DNA of 64,000 nt from contig CM060732.1 of NCBI GenBank assembly GCA_030704615.1, forward strand, positions 53,134,001 through 53,198,000. The letters run 5' to 3'. A model generated the notes under the pieces. It saw only the letters and a list, made by a program, of their open reading frames with translations. It was not told the DNA's origin and did no database searches. Source of the DNA: Takakia lepidozioides (lineage: Eukaryota > Plantae > Bryophyta). Of this stretch, positions 1 through 11,985 are shown in pieces. The number at the start of each line of letters is the position of its first letter. The stretch's first letter is position 1. The position numbers and the translations under genes are program-made.

Positions 1-1608
1 CTGTCGCCATCACTATCCACGATGAAAACAGTCACCGGCCTCCAATTATCTGCATTATCAAAGCTATGGAAGTTCCTCTCTTCCACTCATGATTTCGTCT
101 GCATCCACACTGCGGGTATCTGCACTCAACAACATCTTCTCAAGTCCCCAAAAAGTTCTCTGTGGCCATTATTTTCCAAACGCCAATTGCAACCCCCAAC
201 AACGCGCCGGCTATGTTGAAAGGATAACGAAGCAATTGAATGCATGCCAGAAGACGTCCTTGCAACAGCCACTAGGCCGCGATGAGGCAAAGAGAACAGA
301 ACTCCTCCCAGATTATCCCAGGGGATCCGCAGGTGGGCAATTTCCTGGGCGAGTCCTAGCATATTTCCTGATGCAAGCAGATGACATTATCGAATTTTCG
401 CTCACCCCTGCCGAATCTACCATCAAACTCTTCAGCTGCACTGCACTTAAGTGTCGCAGGGACGCCCGTTCTTCGGATGTTAACTGTAACAAGAGAACAT
501 TAACACACTGGAAGCTCTACTAGTGGCTGGTTAATGCTGGATAAACGGATATTACATAAATCCTGAGAAAGCATAAGGGAGTCACTCGAGCATATGAAAG
601 TCAGTATGATTGAAACATTAAGTTACAGCGCTGTACAGGGGATGGCGACTATCCCCTCGGTTCAGAAAACATAATCACATGTGTAGTGTGACGGCCACAG
701 TGACAAGCCAAGCAGTAGCTCATCACAACCGGAAGACTTGGCTCAGTACCTCAATAAATAACAAAGACGACCACGAGACCAGACCCCGATCAAAGAAAAC
801 AATATCTCGCCATATCAGCGGTTTTCGACCGCAAGGTAGCCTGCTCCCGCTCCCTTTCCAAACACAGCCACAAACCGCGTTTAAGAATCTTACTCGGTAA
901 AAGAGATTTGAAAGAGGGGAACTTGGGAAGAATTGAGTTTGAAATCTGCACTAGCTAGATCTACAACACCAAATGCGAAGTAGTGTTTAATCGATAAATC
1001 GTCCGCCACTCAAGACCTAAATTTGGAAAGAGGATGATGGCGAAACACGCAAGCGATCTGAGATCTAACCTACTACGCAAGCGTCTGCAAACCAAGAGGA
1101 TGACTCCAACTCACTTTACGGTACAGAAAAGTGCCTGAAAAGGCGAGAGAAAAGAAACAGGATTACACACGAAACTAGTTGAAACAAGAGAAAGGATTTG
1201 GACCTGCACTAGTCCAGTAGAGGACAAGGGAAGGGGAGGGGGATGACTATGGCGGAGACGCCCATGAGAGGAGAAGATGCCCAGGCCTCGGGCGCAAGAG
1301 CCACTGATCCACCGCCGGCGGCCTGATGCATTCTTACCGTCCGATCCTATATCGAACGGTCTATGTTCTGGGGATCTCGAACACGTTCACGAAGCGCGGT
1401 GTGCTTTTCGCCGCTCGCGCCTAAACCCGCACCCTCCTCACATTCTCCGTTAGATGTTACACGTGCCTCTGTTTCTTTCCGTTGGATCTCTCGCCCATAG
1501 GTACCGGGGGCACATAGCTCACTAGTAAGTTACTAACAGCCCGGCATTACCGCGGTAGTTAGTTTATACTTGGTCAGTCGCTTGTTCCTCCGTCTAGTGT
1601 GTTGGACC

Positions 1609-2871
1609 GAGGGAATTCCAAAAAGGCCTTGATGTGAAATGCATAGCAATTCACTTGATCACCCCCCTAAAAGTGCGCAATTCAATTGAATTGCAAGGCC
1701 TTGCAATTCAATTGAACTGCTAAAACTAGCTTGGCAACAACCCTAATTTGCAATTCAATTGAATTGTTGGCACACGATTCAATTGAATTGTGAATTTGCA
1801 AATCAATTGAATTGCCAATTCGCAATTCAATTGAATTGTAATCTATAATTTTTAACTTATTTTTGTATATAATATATAATATACATGTATATGTATATAT
1901 TTAAATTATACTTATACACATATAAGAGGATAAGCTAAAAATACATGTTGCTCGTCTATTCTTGCTAGCCCTCTTTCTTGTGCCCTTGAGGAAATTGTGG
2001 AGTTGTAAAGCCACCCTCAGCCTTAGCGAGAAAGGGAGAGCCAGAGACGGAGAGAGATCAGTAGCTTCCTGTGATTCACTGATAAAAGAAACATGGCTGG
2101 CTCCGAAAGAAACAAACAAAATCAAACCTGACAATTGATGAAAGGCTTCCCCTGCATAACAATGTAGTCCCTTAACACTAGTATCTGGCCTAGGACAAAG
2201 AAAACAAAAAATATGTTCATCTTGAGAATTATCAAAAATAATATTATTTCGATACCCTTACAAAGGTATCATGTTGAAGTTGGGATGTGTGTTCCATATA
2301 AGTTTAATATATCAAACTCTTACACGTTGATACTCTTACATTGGTATCATATTTGGTATATGTACATAGCCATATATTGGCACCCTATTGGCACCAACAT
2401 CCACAAAGAGAGACAATCTCGCTTTTACAAGCGCGCTTCGTGACTTCCTCTCTCTCTCTCCCTCTCTCGCTCTCCCTTAGGCTTATCTTGGGCTCAAGCC
2501 TTACCACGGGCAAAGGGTTGACAGACGGACAACAAGAATAGTCGGGCAACATGTATTTAGCTTATACATGTGTATGCGTATATGTATAATTTAAATATGT
2601 ACATATATATAATATATTTAGATTACAATTCAATTGAATTGTAGTCAGCAATTCAATTGAATTGCAAATTAGGGTTGTTTTCAAGCTAGTTTTAGCAGTT
2701 CTATTGAATTGCCCTTGCAATACAATTGAATTGCAAATTAGGGTTGTTTTCAAGCTAGTTTTAGCAGTTCAATTGAATTGCCCTTGCAATACAATTGAAT
2801 TGCGCACTTTTAGGGGGGTGATCAAGTGAATTGCAATGCATTTCACATCAAGGCCTTTTTGGAATTCCCTA
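1609..2871. mobile_element. Non-autonomous TIR element of the same family as the IS3EU-like element at 25254-38120
   Basis: Inverted ends (G/T)AGGGAATTCCAAAAAGGCCTTGATGTGAAATGCA...CACCCCCCTAAAAGTGCGC at 1609 and 2871. The imperfect TIRs are ~360 bp and hold repeated CAATTCAATTGAATTG. The subterminal region 2445-2560 resembles 37810-37950. No convincing ORF and no clean TSD. Confidence 0.85.
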
Positions 2872-3178
2872 ATTGGGGTCTTCATGAATTGAGGGGCCCC
2901 AAGCTCCCCCGCCGTCCGACGTCCAATGACCTCATTTTGATGGCTGGAATTTCTTTGTATGGGCGGCTCACAAGATTAAGTTGTCAGCCTCAATGGAAGA
3001 ATCCGGCCCGCAAAGTGTCATCCTCTCTAACTAAGAAATCCTTGGCCGGATCTGACGTGTGTACCAGTGTTGTGCGGATAAATAGATTTTTGTTTATCCT
3101 CTGGGTAAGGGTAAATAAAAATCAGAGGTTTATTTATCCTCCGAGTAAGGGTAAATTATTTATATGTCCATTTATTTA

Positions 3179-6100
3179 TGTCATGGTTTTGTTTGTGATT
3201 AGTTAGAAATAGTTATTTCTAGCTAATTAAGACATTATACATTTATATTTGTATTTTGTTGGCATTGGGACTTCATTTGGTTCCATGTGCCAAGTGAGGT
3301 GACGAATCTCACTTGGGACGTGAGGAGGTTATCTCCACGTGAGACGTAGGCAGACTCGTCTTCTTCTAGTCGAGCCTCCCGAGGCCTCTTTCGCCGCCAT
3401 AGCTCTAGTACTTGAGATAGAGAGTGGGTGAGGGCTATATGGTGGAGTCTTTTAGCAAATGTGTCATTGGCTTGACTTATATAACGTAATAGAGTGGTTT
3501 CTCCTCTTTTCACCATTTTCCGTATCACTAGAAGAAGACCTGCTTACATCTATGAGTACAAGGTGTTAGCATAGTTAGCACTTGTGTGTGGAAGAGAGCC
3601 TGATAGATAGCTCTTAAGATACAAGGTGTTGCAGGGTTTGCAAGAAGAAAGCCTTGTGGTATTTATGTACAAGAGGAGGTCTTCAAGGAGAGCCCCATTG
3701 AAAAGTTTGATAGCTTGTGAAGAAACTCTTGTTCTGCAAGTGTTGCAGGGTTTGAGGAGTTCAAGAAAAGCTCGGGTGTTAAGAAAGCAAACGGTGCATG
3801 TGTGGAGCATGGTTTCAGCTTGTGGGAGTATTCAACTTCAAGCTTAAGAAAGCTATGAGTGGAGGTAGATAAGACTATCCTTAAAGAACCTCTCAAATAA
3901 CTCTCAAGAGCCCTCAAATTATTGCCTTGAACTTCTGAAATCTGCCCTCAATCAGCCCCTCACATAGACCCACCGAGGTTCAAGAAGTTCGCAAACTTGG
4001 ACTCCAAACAGTCCACCAAAAGGCCCTAGGCGCCCGACAATTAGTGGCCTCCAAGGTCTCCAACCAGCCCTCACAATGGCTCCACAAGCCTGCCCAATAT
4101 GGCCTCCAAGGACCTCCAACAGTCCTCCAAAGAGCTCTTAGAAAGTTCCATAAGTCTGCCCAATATGGGCCTCCAAGGACCTCCAATCGTCCTCCAACCA
4201 GCCCTCACGAGGCTCCACAGGCCTGCAAAACATTGGCCTCGAATGACCTCGAATAGTCCTTCAAACAGCCCCAAGCAGGCTCCACAAACCTGCAAGATAT
4301 TGGCTTCAATAGACTCCAAATAGTCCTCAAAGCAGGCCCCAATACCTGTAAAATATTGGCCTCAATAGATCCCAAACAGTCCTCAAGTAGGCCCCAATAC
4401 CTGCAAGATATTGGCCTCAATAGACCCCAAATAGTCCTCAAAGCAGGCCCCAGAAGGCTCCAAAAATATCCATAGTCAGTCGATTTTTCATCGGTCACCG
4501 ACCAAATTTCATCCAAAACCGCGATTTCTCATCCGCAGGTCCGATACTTCATCCGCCGTGATAGTTCATCCGTCGGTGCGATATTTCATCCACTAGCGCG
4601 ATTTCATCCGCTGGCGCAGTTCCATCTGTCGCCGCGATTTTTCATCCGATGGCATGATAGTTCATCCGCTGCCACGATTTCATCCGCTGGCGCAGTTTCA
4701 TCCGTCGCCGCAATTTTTCATCCGATAGTGCGATAGTTCATCCGCTAACGAGATTTCATCCTCTGACGCAGTTTCATCCATTGCAACCGATTTTCATCCA
4801 CGGGCTTCGATGAGACAATGGTGGTCTCCCAACTTTCGGGCAATGTTCCCACAAGTTCCCATGCGTTATCACGTGTTCCCTGGAATGCCCAAAGAGTATA
4901 CACGCGTTCCCAAGCGTTCCCATGCGTTCCGAAGCTAGGGTTTGCGCCGGTTTGCGTTTGCGATTGCTGCAACGAGCTATGGCTTCTATGGAGCAACCAG
5001 AGGTGCTGTTCTTGGTTTCTTGAGCATCAATAGACCACCAAGAGTGCCTCTAACTCCCTGAGCAAGCTATTTGCCACACAACAAGCTCTCTTTCTCTATG
5101 GAACTTATTGAAACAAGCATAAAACAAGCTATTGGGCTTTCTATAACATGTCCTCTTCTAGCCATCGCATGCACTCATAGTGCTTTCTTCTATGGCCATA
5201 GTGCACTTCTTAGAGCTCATAATCCAGCCCTGCACTTGCCACTTTCATAGACATGCTCTTCCCAAGCTTGGGATTGAAACCCCAACTCAAAGCATGCTAT
5301 ACAAATACACTATTTTGCCCCAAAGAGAAATCAGATGTCTACCTCCACTCATAGCTCTTCTAAGCTTGAAGTTGAATACTCCCACAAGCTGAAACCATGC
5401 TCCACACATGCACCGCTTGCTTCCTTAACACCCGAGCTCTTCTTGAACTCCTCAAACCCTACAAAACTTGCAGAACAAGAGTTTCTTCACAAGCTATCAA
5501 ACTTTTCAATGGGTCTCCTCTTGAAGACCTCCTCTTGTACATAAACACCACAAGACTTTCTTCTTGCAAACCCTGCAACACCTTGTAACTTAAGAGCTAT
5601 CTATCAAGCTCTCTTCCACACACAAGTGCTAACTATGCTAACACATTGTACTCATAGATGTAAGCAGGTCTTCTTCTAGTAATACGGAAAATGGTGAAAA
5701 GAGGAGAAACCACTCTATCACGTTATATAAGTTAAGCCAATGGCACCTTTGCTAAAGGATTCCACCATAGAGACCTCACCCACTCTCCATCTCAAATACT
5801 AGAGCTATGGCGGCGAGAGAGGCCTTGGGAGGCTCGACTAGAAGAAGACGAGCCTGCCTACGTCTCACGTGGAGATAACCTCCCCATGCCTAAGTGAAGT
5901 TCGCCACCTCACTTGGCACTTGGAACCAAATGAAGTCCCAATGCCAACAAAATACAAATATAAATGTATAATGTCTTAATTAGCTAGAAATAACTATTTC
6001 TAACTAATCACAAACAAACCATGACATATTGGCCTCCAAGGACCTCCAATAATCCCCCAAAGAGCTCTTAGAAAGTTCCATAAGTCTGCCCAATATAGGC

Positions 6101-7021
6101 CTCCAAGGACCTCCAATCGTCCTCCAACCAGCCCTCACAAAGCTCCACAGGCCTACAAAACATTGGCCTCAAAGGACCCCAAATAGTCCTTCAAAGCAGG
6201 CCCCAATACCTGCAAGATATTGGCCTCAATAGACCCCAAATAGTCCTCAAACAAGCCCCCTGAAGGCTCCAAAAATATCCACAGTCAGTCGATTTTTCAT
6301 CCGTTACTGACCAAATTTCATCCAAACCACAATTTCTCATCCACAGGTCCGATATTTCATCCATCGCGATAGTTCATCCATTGGTTGCGATATTTCATCC
6401 GCTGGCGCGATTTCATCCGCTGGCGCAGTTTCATCCACTGCAACCGATTGTCATCTAGGAGCGCCGATTGTCATCCACTGGCTCAATAGTTCATCCAATT
6501 GGACAATGGTGGTGCTCCCAATTCTGGGGCAATGTTCCCACGAGTTCCCAATGAGTTCCCAAGGAGTTTCCAAAGCGTTCTCACGCGTTCCCTCAAGTTC
6601 TCAAGGAGTTCACACGCGTTCCCAAGCTAGGGTTTGCGCCGCTTTGCCTCTGCGATTGCTGCAACGAGCTATGGCTTTTATGGAGCATCTAGAGGTGCTG
6701 TTCTTGGTTTTTTGAGCATCAATAGACCACCAAGAGTGCCTCTATCTCCTTGAGCAAGCTATTTGTCACACAACAAGCTCTCTTTCTCTATGGAACTTAT
6801 TGAAACACGCACAGAACAAGCTATTGAGCTGTTTATGGCATACCCTCTTCTAGCCATCGCATGCACTTATAGTGCTTTCTTCTATGGCAATAATGCACCT
6901 CTTAGAGCTCCTAATCCAGCCCTGCATTTGCCACTTCCATAGACATGCTCTTCCCAAGCTTGGGATTGAAACCCCAACTCAAAGCATGCTCTACAAATAC
7001 ACTATTCTGCCCCAAAGAGAA
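3179..7021. mobile_element. Rearranged LTR-like repeat cluster (foldback plus partial duplicate)
   Basis: 3179-3869 (starts TGTCATGG) is the reverse complement of 5338-6026 (ends CCATGACA). 3870-6026 is collinear with the relative at ~8570-10941. 6027-7021 duplicates parts of ~4098-5329. Internal ~53-bp and TTTCATCC-type tandem repeats. No gag/pol seen. Confidence 0.65.
4495..4800. repeat. Degenerate ~20-bp minisatellite with TTTCATCCG core
   Basis: Many TTCATCC units at short, irregular spacing; a shorter copy lies at ~6295-6500. Confidence 0.8.
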
Positions 7022-7022
7022 G

Positions 7023-7765
7023 ATTATGCCAATGGGGCTGGAAGTAGATTTTGCATCTCTTGGGAATGATGGTTGTTTACAGGTCGAGTGTGCAATGGGG
7101 GAGATATATACGGACTCCATGATCAGGACTTCATCCACAATGGGAAAAAATTAGTAAATCCCTTGGACAGTGCATCACGGACTTTGGTGTTGGGTGATGA
7201 GGTTGCTACATTGAATCATGTGTTATTGGTCTACCATTCATTTTCAGTGGACAAGCATGGACTTCGGGAATGTGATATCAAAAGAGAAGATCGACAGAAT
7301 TGGGCAGCAGCTCATCGACTGGCATCTCGGAAGGTGCAAGCTTGTTTGAGGGAGTTACAATCAACTGTGAATCATCGAAGAGAGAGGACCAAAGGTACTG
7401 AAACTTACCTATACATCATTTCATGCTACATTGACATTTTTTTGTCTCCTCACATGTCATTGTGTGAGAGGGTACAATCTGCTGCGAAGGTATCATTTTT
7501 TTTCAGATTGTGGAAGTTGTGGCTATTCCACCACGAGGTGTATAATCTGAAATCCTTCTTCATTAGCAGGGAAGGAGGGGTCTATACGTACGATTTGACG
7601 GATAACATGATGGTTGATTTGGATTCCATTATCGCGTTAGCATGTTTAAAGTACAATGTCAAGTCAAACACATATGTTCTTGATGCAAATGACCGAAAAG
7701 TCTTTGACAACTTTATCAAAGGCAATTTTTTTTTAATTAATTTGTTAGATTTTATTATGTTTTAA
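7023..7765 (+). pseudogene. Truncated DNA-transposon transposase fragment, P-element-like
   Basis: ORF 7073-7765 has QDFIHNGKKLVNPL, DRQNWAAAHRLAS, GTETYLYIISCYIDIFLS and FFFRLWKLWL, resembling the DxxH..K..RN and downstream insertion-domain motifs of P-type transposases. In-frame stop just upstream; apparent internal deletion after FFISRE. Confidence 0.5.
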
Positions 7766-7994
7766 ATGAATAAATTCGATATAATATAAAAACATACATA
7801 TACATATTGGAGGGTTATTTTTAATGATGAAAAATGAGAATATACATACAGAAGGGGGTACTTTCCAAAAATTGTAAATTTTTGTATATTTACAGGAGGG
7901 GATTTTATAATCTTCAAAAAATATGTACAGAGGGGGTATAAATTATCCAAGGACCCGTATACATGGGGTTTTTTTATTAGGCGACGAACGCACG

Positions 7995-10941
7995 TGATAC
8001 GCACAGTTTATAAAGAGTGCACCCCCCGGGGTAACCGGGTAGAGAACCTGTTGCGGCTACTGGTTCAAGCAGTAATAATAGGTTTCTAACGTAGACTTGT
8101 ACCTGCACCTGCATTCACCGCAAGCACTCTTATGGGCTGCTGGTCATCAACCCAGCCTCACCATAAGTGAACAATGATGGTCTGACTGGTCATTACCCCA
8201 GCCTCACCATCGACAGCACGCTCTAGGATTGACCGGTGATCAAATCCGGACCAACCTTCTATGAAAACAAGCGCCCACACAAAACTACCATGACGCACAG
8301 TCAAGCATGCATGTGTGGAGGGGATCCAAGCACAAGAAAATCAAAACAGTAACTCCCCCACACCAAAAACACTCCACATTGTCGCTCCTACAAGACACTC
8401 CACATTGTCGCTCCCCAGACTGACTCTTGCCTCCACCTACGGAAAGGTTTTGGCCTACAGAGAGGGTGGAAGACTACAAGGAAGAGAGACTAAAGCAATT
8501 CCTATCACAGCATGCTTTCATCGCACTACCCTATCTCCACACTCTCTTGCTTAAGCAATACACAAGACCTTTCAAGGATCTCTCAAATAACTTTCTAAGA
8601 TCCCTCAAGATGTCTCTCAAACAATCTCACTAAGACTCCCAGAGCTTGGACAATGGTACTCCAAACAGTACACTAAGGCCCCAAGAGCTTGCCAAATCTC
8701 GGCCCTCAAGGACCCCAAACAGCCCTCCAAACAGCCTTCCAAAGGCTCCAAAAACTTGCCAAATATTGGCATTCAAAGACCCCAAATGGTCCTCCACATA
8801 GCCTTCCAAAGGCTCCAAAACTTGCCAAAACTTGGCCTTCAAAGACCACAAATAGGCCTCCAAATAGTCATCCGAATACCTCGTCAAGAGCTCTTCGAAA
8901 TGCCTTACAAAGCTCCTCAGAGTGTTTTCCAAAAGCTCCCCAAAGGACCCCAAAGATCCCCCAAACAATCCTCCAAAAGGCCCTTGAAAATCCTCCGAGA
9001 GCCCTATATTGTCTTTATATGTCACTATGTTCCCAGCCTATAGTGACCGTTCCCACACCTTGGTGACCGTTCCTAGACTACGATGACGGTTCCCAGACTA
9101 CGATGACGGTTCTCAAACTACAGTGACGGTTCCCAGACTACGGTGATCGTTCCCACACTTTGGTGATTGTTCCCATGAACCTAGGGTTTCATGTGCATCT
9201 CATGCTAGGGTTTGTGCATCCCATGCTAAGGTTTGTGTATTTTAAGCTAGGGTTTCGGCTTCCTTGAGCTTCATGCTTGCTCTCCTCAAGCATCCATGAC
9301 TTCTATGAGATACCAAGGCAAACTACCTTGATCTTCTTCACCTCAAGCCACAACCAAGCTTGATTCCATCTCACCTAGCAATGCATTTGCCACACAACAA
9401 ACTTCACTTCTCTTTGGAGCTCAAGAATCAAGCTTTTTACCTCATTCGACAAGCAACCAAGTCTTGCACTCATTCATGTGCTCTTCTATGGCCATCCACA
9501 CACATGCTCTATTCTTGGCTTCTATGTGTTGCTTCTCCAAGCATCAATACATCTCCATCTCATGCAAAGAGGAAGATTCAAGACCCTTCACTTGCTAGCT
9601 CAAGAGTCGTGCTCTCCTCAAGCTTAAGGTTGAAACCCCAACTCAAACATGTGCTCTACAAGTGCTTTTCTTTCACCTAAGTGGAAACCAGCCCTTTTCC
9701 TTTCTTCTTACTCTCCAAGGCTTGAAAATAGAAGCCTCAATGGGCTAAAAACATGCTCCACATAAGCATCACCTCATACACAAAAGAATGACTTGTTCTC
9801 TTCACCTTCTAGCTCTCTTCAAGCTTGAAGTTGGAAGCCGCACTTGGAAAGCATGCTCCACACATGCGCCACTTGCTTGGTCAACCACTTGTTTCACCTA
9901 GAGCAATCCAAGAACTCATAGACTAGCAAAAGCACTCCCTTCTAGCGCCTTAGCTTGCTTGTTTGTCAACCAAATGAAACCCCACTTAGCTTCATTTCAC
10001 CATGGATAAAACAACCACTTCTTAGCTTCTCTTGAGCTACTCAATGCTCCTCAAGCTATCCTTGTTGTACTCCTTCTATGGTGTTTCTAACCCAAGCATG
10101 TGCCGCTCTTTGGCTTCTCTTTCACACCACGAACAATTATAATTTGTTCTTGAAACCCTAGTGTTTATCTTCTCCACATACAAGACGTTTCTCTTGTGAT
10201 GCGAGAGCTCTTTTCCAAGCTCTCAAACCCTTGGTGCACAATAATGCTTCTACAAACCCTCAATGCATTCTTTTCACCATAGAAGCCACTTCCTTGGCAA
10301 ATGGTTGTCACAAGAGCTCCTTCTTCAAACCTTTGTTTCCCCACACACATGACTTTCTCCCTGCAATACTTGCAAAGTCTTGTAACTCAAGAGCTCTCTC
10401 CTTGAGCTCTCCACCTCCTTGATGCAATGCAAACACACTCTCCCTTGCAACACCTTGCAAGCCTTGTGAGATACTTGAGCTTTCCCTAGCTCTCTCACTT
10501 CTTGGTGTACATCAACACAAGTGCAAAACTATCCTTACACTCCGCACTCATAAGCTTAAGGTCATCTTCTTGTGATGATGAAAGTGAACATAATGGGAAC
10601 CCTCCACTCATGAACACTCAATCACATAAAATAAGTCAACCCAAGGGCACCCTTGCTAAGGGAATCCACCCTACAAAGCCCTCACCACACTCCCTCTCAA
10701 TACCTAGAGCTATGGAGGTGAGAGAGGCTCATGGAGGGTCAACTACAAGAAGATGAGCCTCCTCCATCCTCACAAGGGGAAAAACTATCCCCATGTCCCA
10801 AGTGAGGCTCGACGCCTCACTTGGCATGTGAGACCAAATGAAATCTCAATACACAAAATATAAATATAAATATAAATATCTAAAATGTCCTAGTTAACTA
10901 GAAGTAGGTAATTCTAGATAACTATGACTAAAACCATGACA
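7995..10941 (-). mobile_element. Solo-LTR-like element (~2.9 kb), diverged relative of the 3179-7021 repeats
   Basis: The minus strand begins TGTCATGGTTTT (10941) and plausibly ends ...GCGTATCA (7995), giving TG..CA termini. Collinear similarity to 3870-6026. Internal 21-bp repeat (GTGACGGTTCCCAGACTAC-like) at 9040-9175. No matching TSD, so the left boundary is uncertain. Confidence 0.6.
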
Positions 10942-11985
10942 GTGTCAAGGCTCCGATTGGTGTGTTTTGTTGAGTCATGCCCCTTAGTCTCACCTCCCCC
11001 TTACTTTTTGCCAATGCAGCATTGCTGTCTTAGGCTTGTTTAACCTCTTGGCATTCACATTTGGAGGTATCAGCAACAGATAGTATAGCTGTGAATTTTA
11101 CACTAGGATGCTACCTGCCACAGCTATCTCCGAACCATGTGGCACTTACCTGGTCCACACGGGATAGCCATGAGCGAGTGTGAACAATAGATATCAGATA
11201 GTGCTGCAACATAGAATATTTATAGTTATATACCTGCAAGTGTGAATGAAGCATAAGGTGATTTTCCAAAAGGGGACCTAAAGGCGTAATTTGTTCCCTG
11301 CTTTCAGTCCCACGCTCACAGGATTGCCCCTGGGCCCGGTCTTCAGCAGTCTCCACAACATTTGTAAGGGTGAACCACCTGGTGGTCGGGTGCTGGAGGA
11401 ACAGTTTGTGGATGTGCCAGACTGCTGGATTGTAGCGGGTAGTGCAGAGACCTAAGATTGTCGGGTGGGTACATTGGCTAGTCAGCGGATCCTCAAAGCG
11501 TGGAAATCCTTTGGCAGGTGCTTTTTGACAGAAGTCAAACCAAGCCTTGAGATCTCTAGCAAACTGCAATATGAAGGAACTTGAGAGGCGACACCGGTAG
11601 TACTGGCTACTACCCTATCCTCCCCCTGGCTGCTAATAAGACAAGGCTGAAGATCTTGGAAAGGTTGGAGGAAAAACAATACCATAATTAGGACCGAGGC
11701 ACAATCCAAGTTCCCATCTCTTTCAAGAAACTCTTATTACCACCTCCCCCAATGTGTCAAAAGTGAGTAGTACAGACTCACTGGTACCCACACATTCCAG
11801 GAGCAATGCAAGTACAAACTTGAACTGCATGCACCGCACCAGCAACACCGCACCCGTCCTTTTTGGCTCAATGCTATTACAAGTTTGGCCGATGATATGG
11901 AGGCAAAGGGGATAACATAAAGAAGAAATTAACAGTTTTCATTACATCAACTTTACATGTTAACAACATAAGAGAGGGATAATAG

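Noticed and set aside
1490-1560. Helitron-like terminus (ACTAGT next to GC-rich near-hairpins)
   Set aside because: The hairpins are weak and no opposite end or second copy is visible.
3550-6715. Many 60-100 aa ORFs in the LTR-like cluster
   Set aside because: They are products of tandem repeats on both strands with no recognisable domains.
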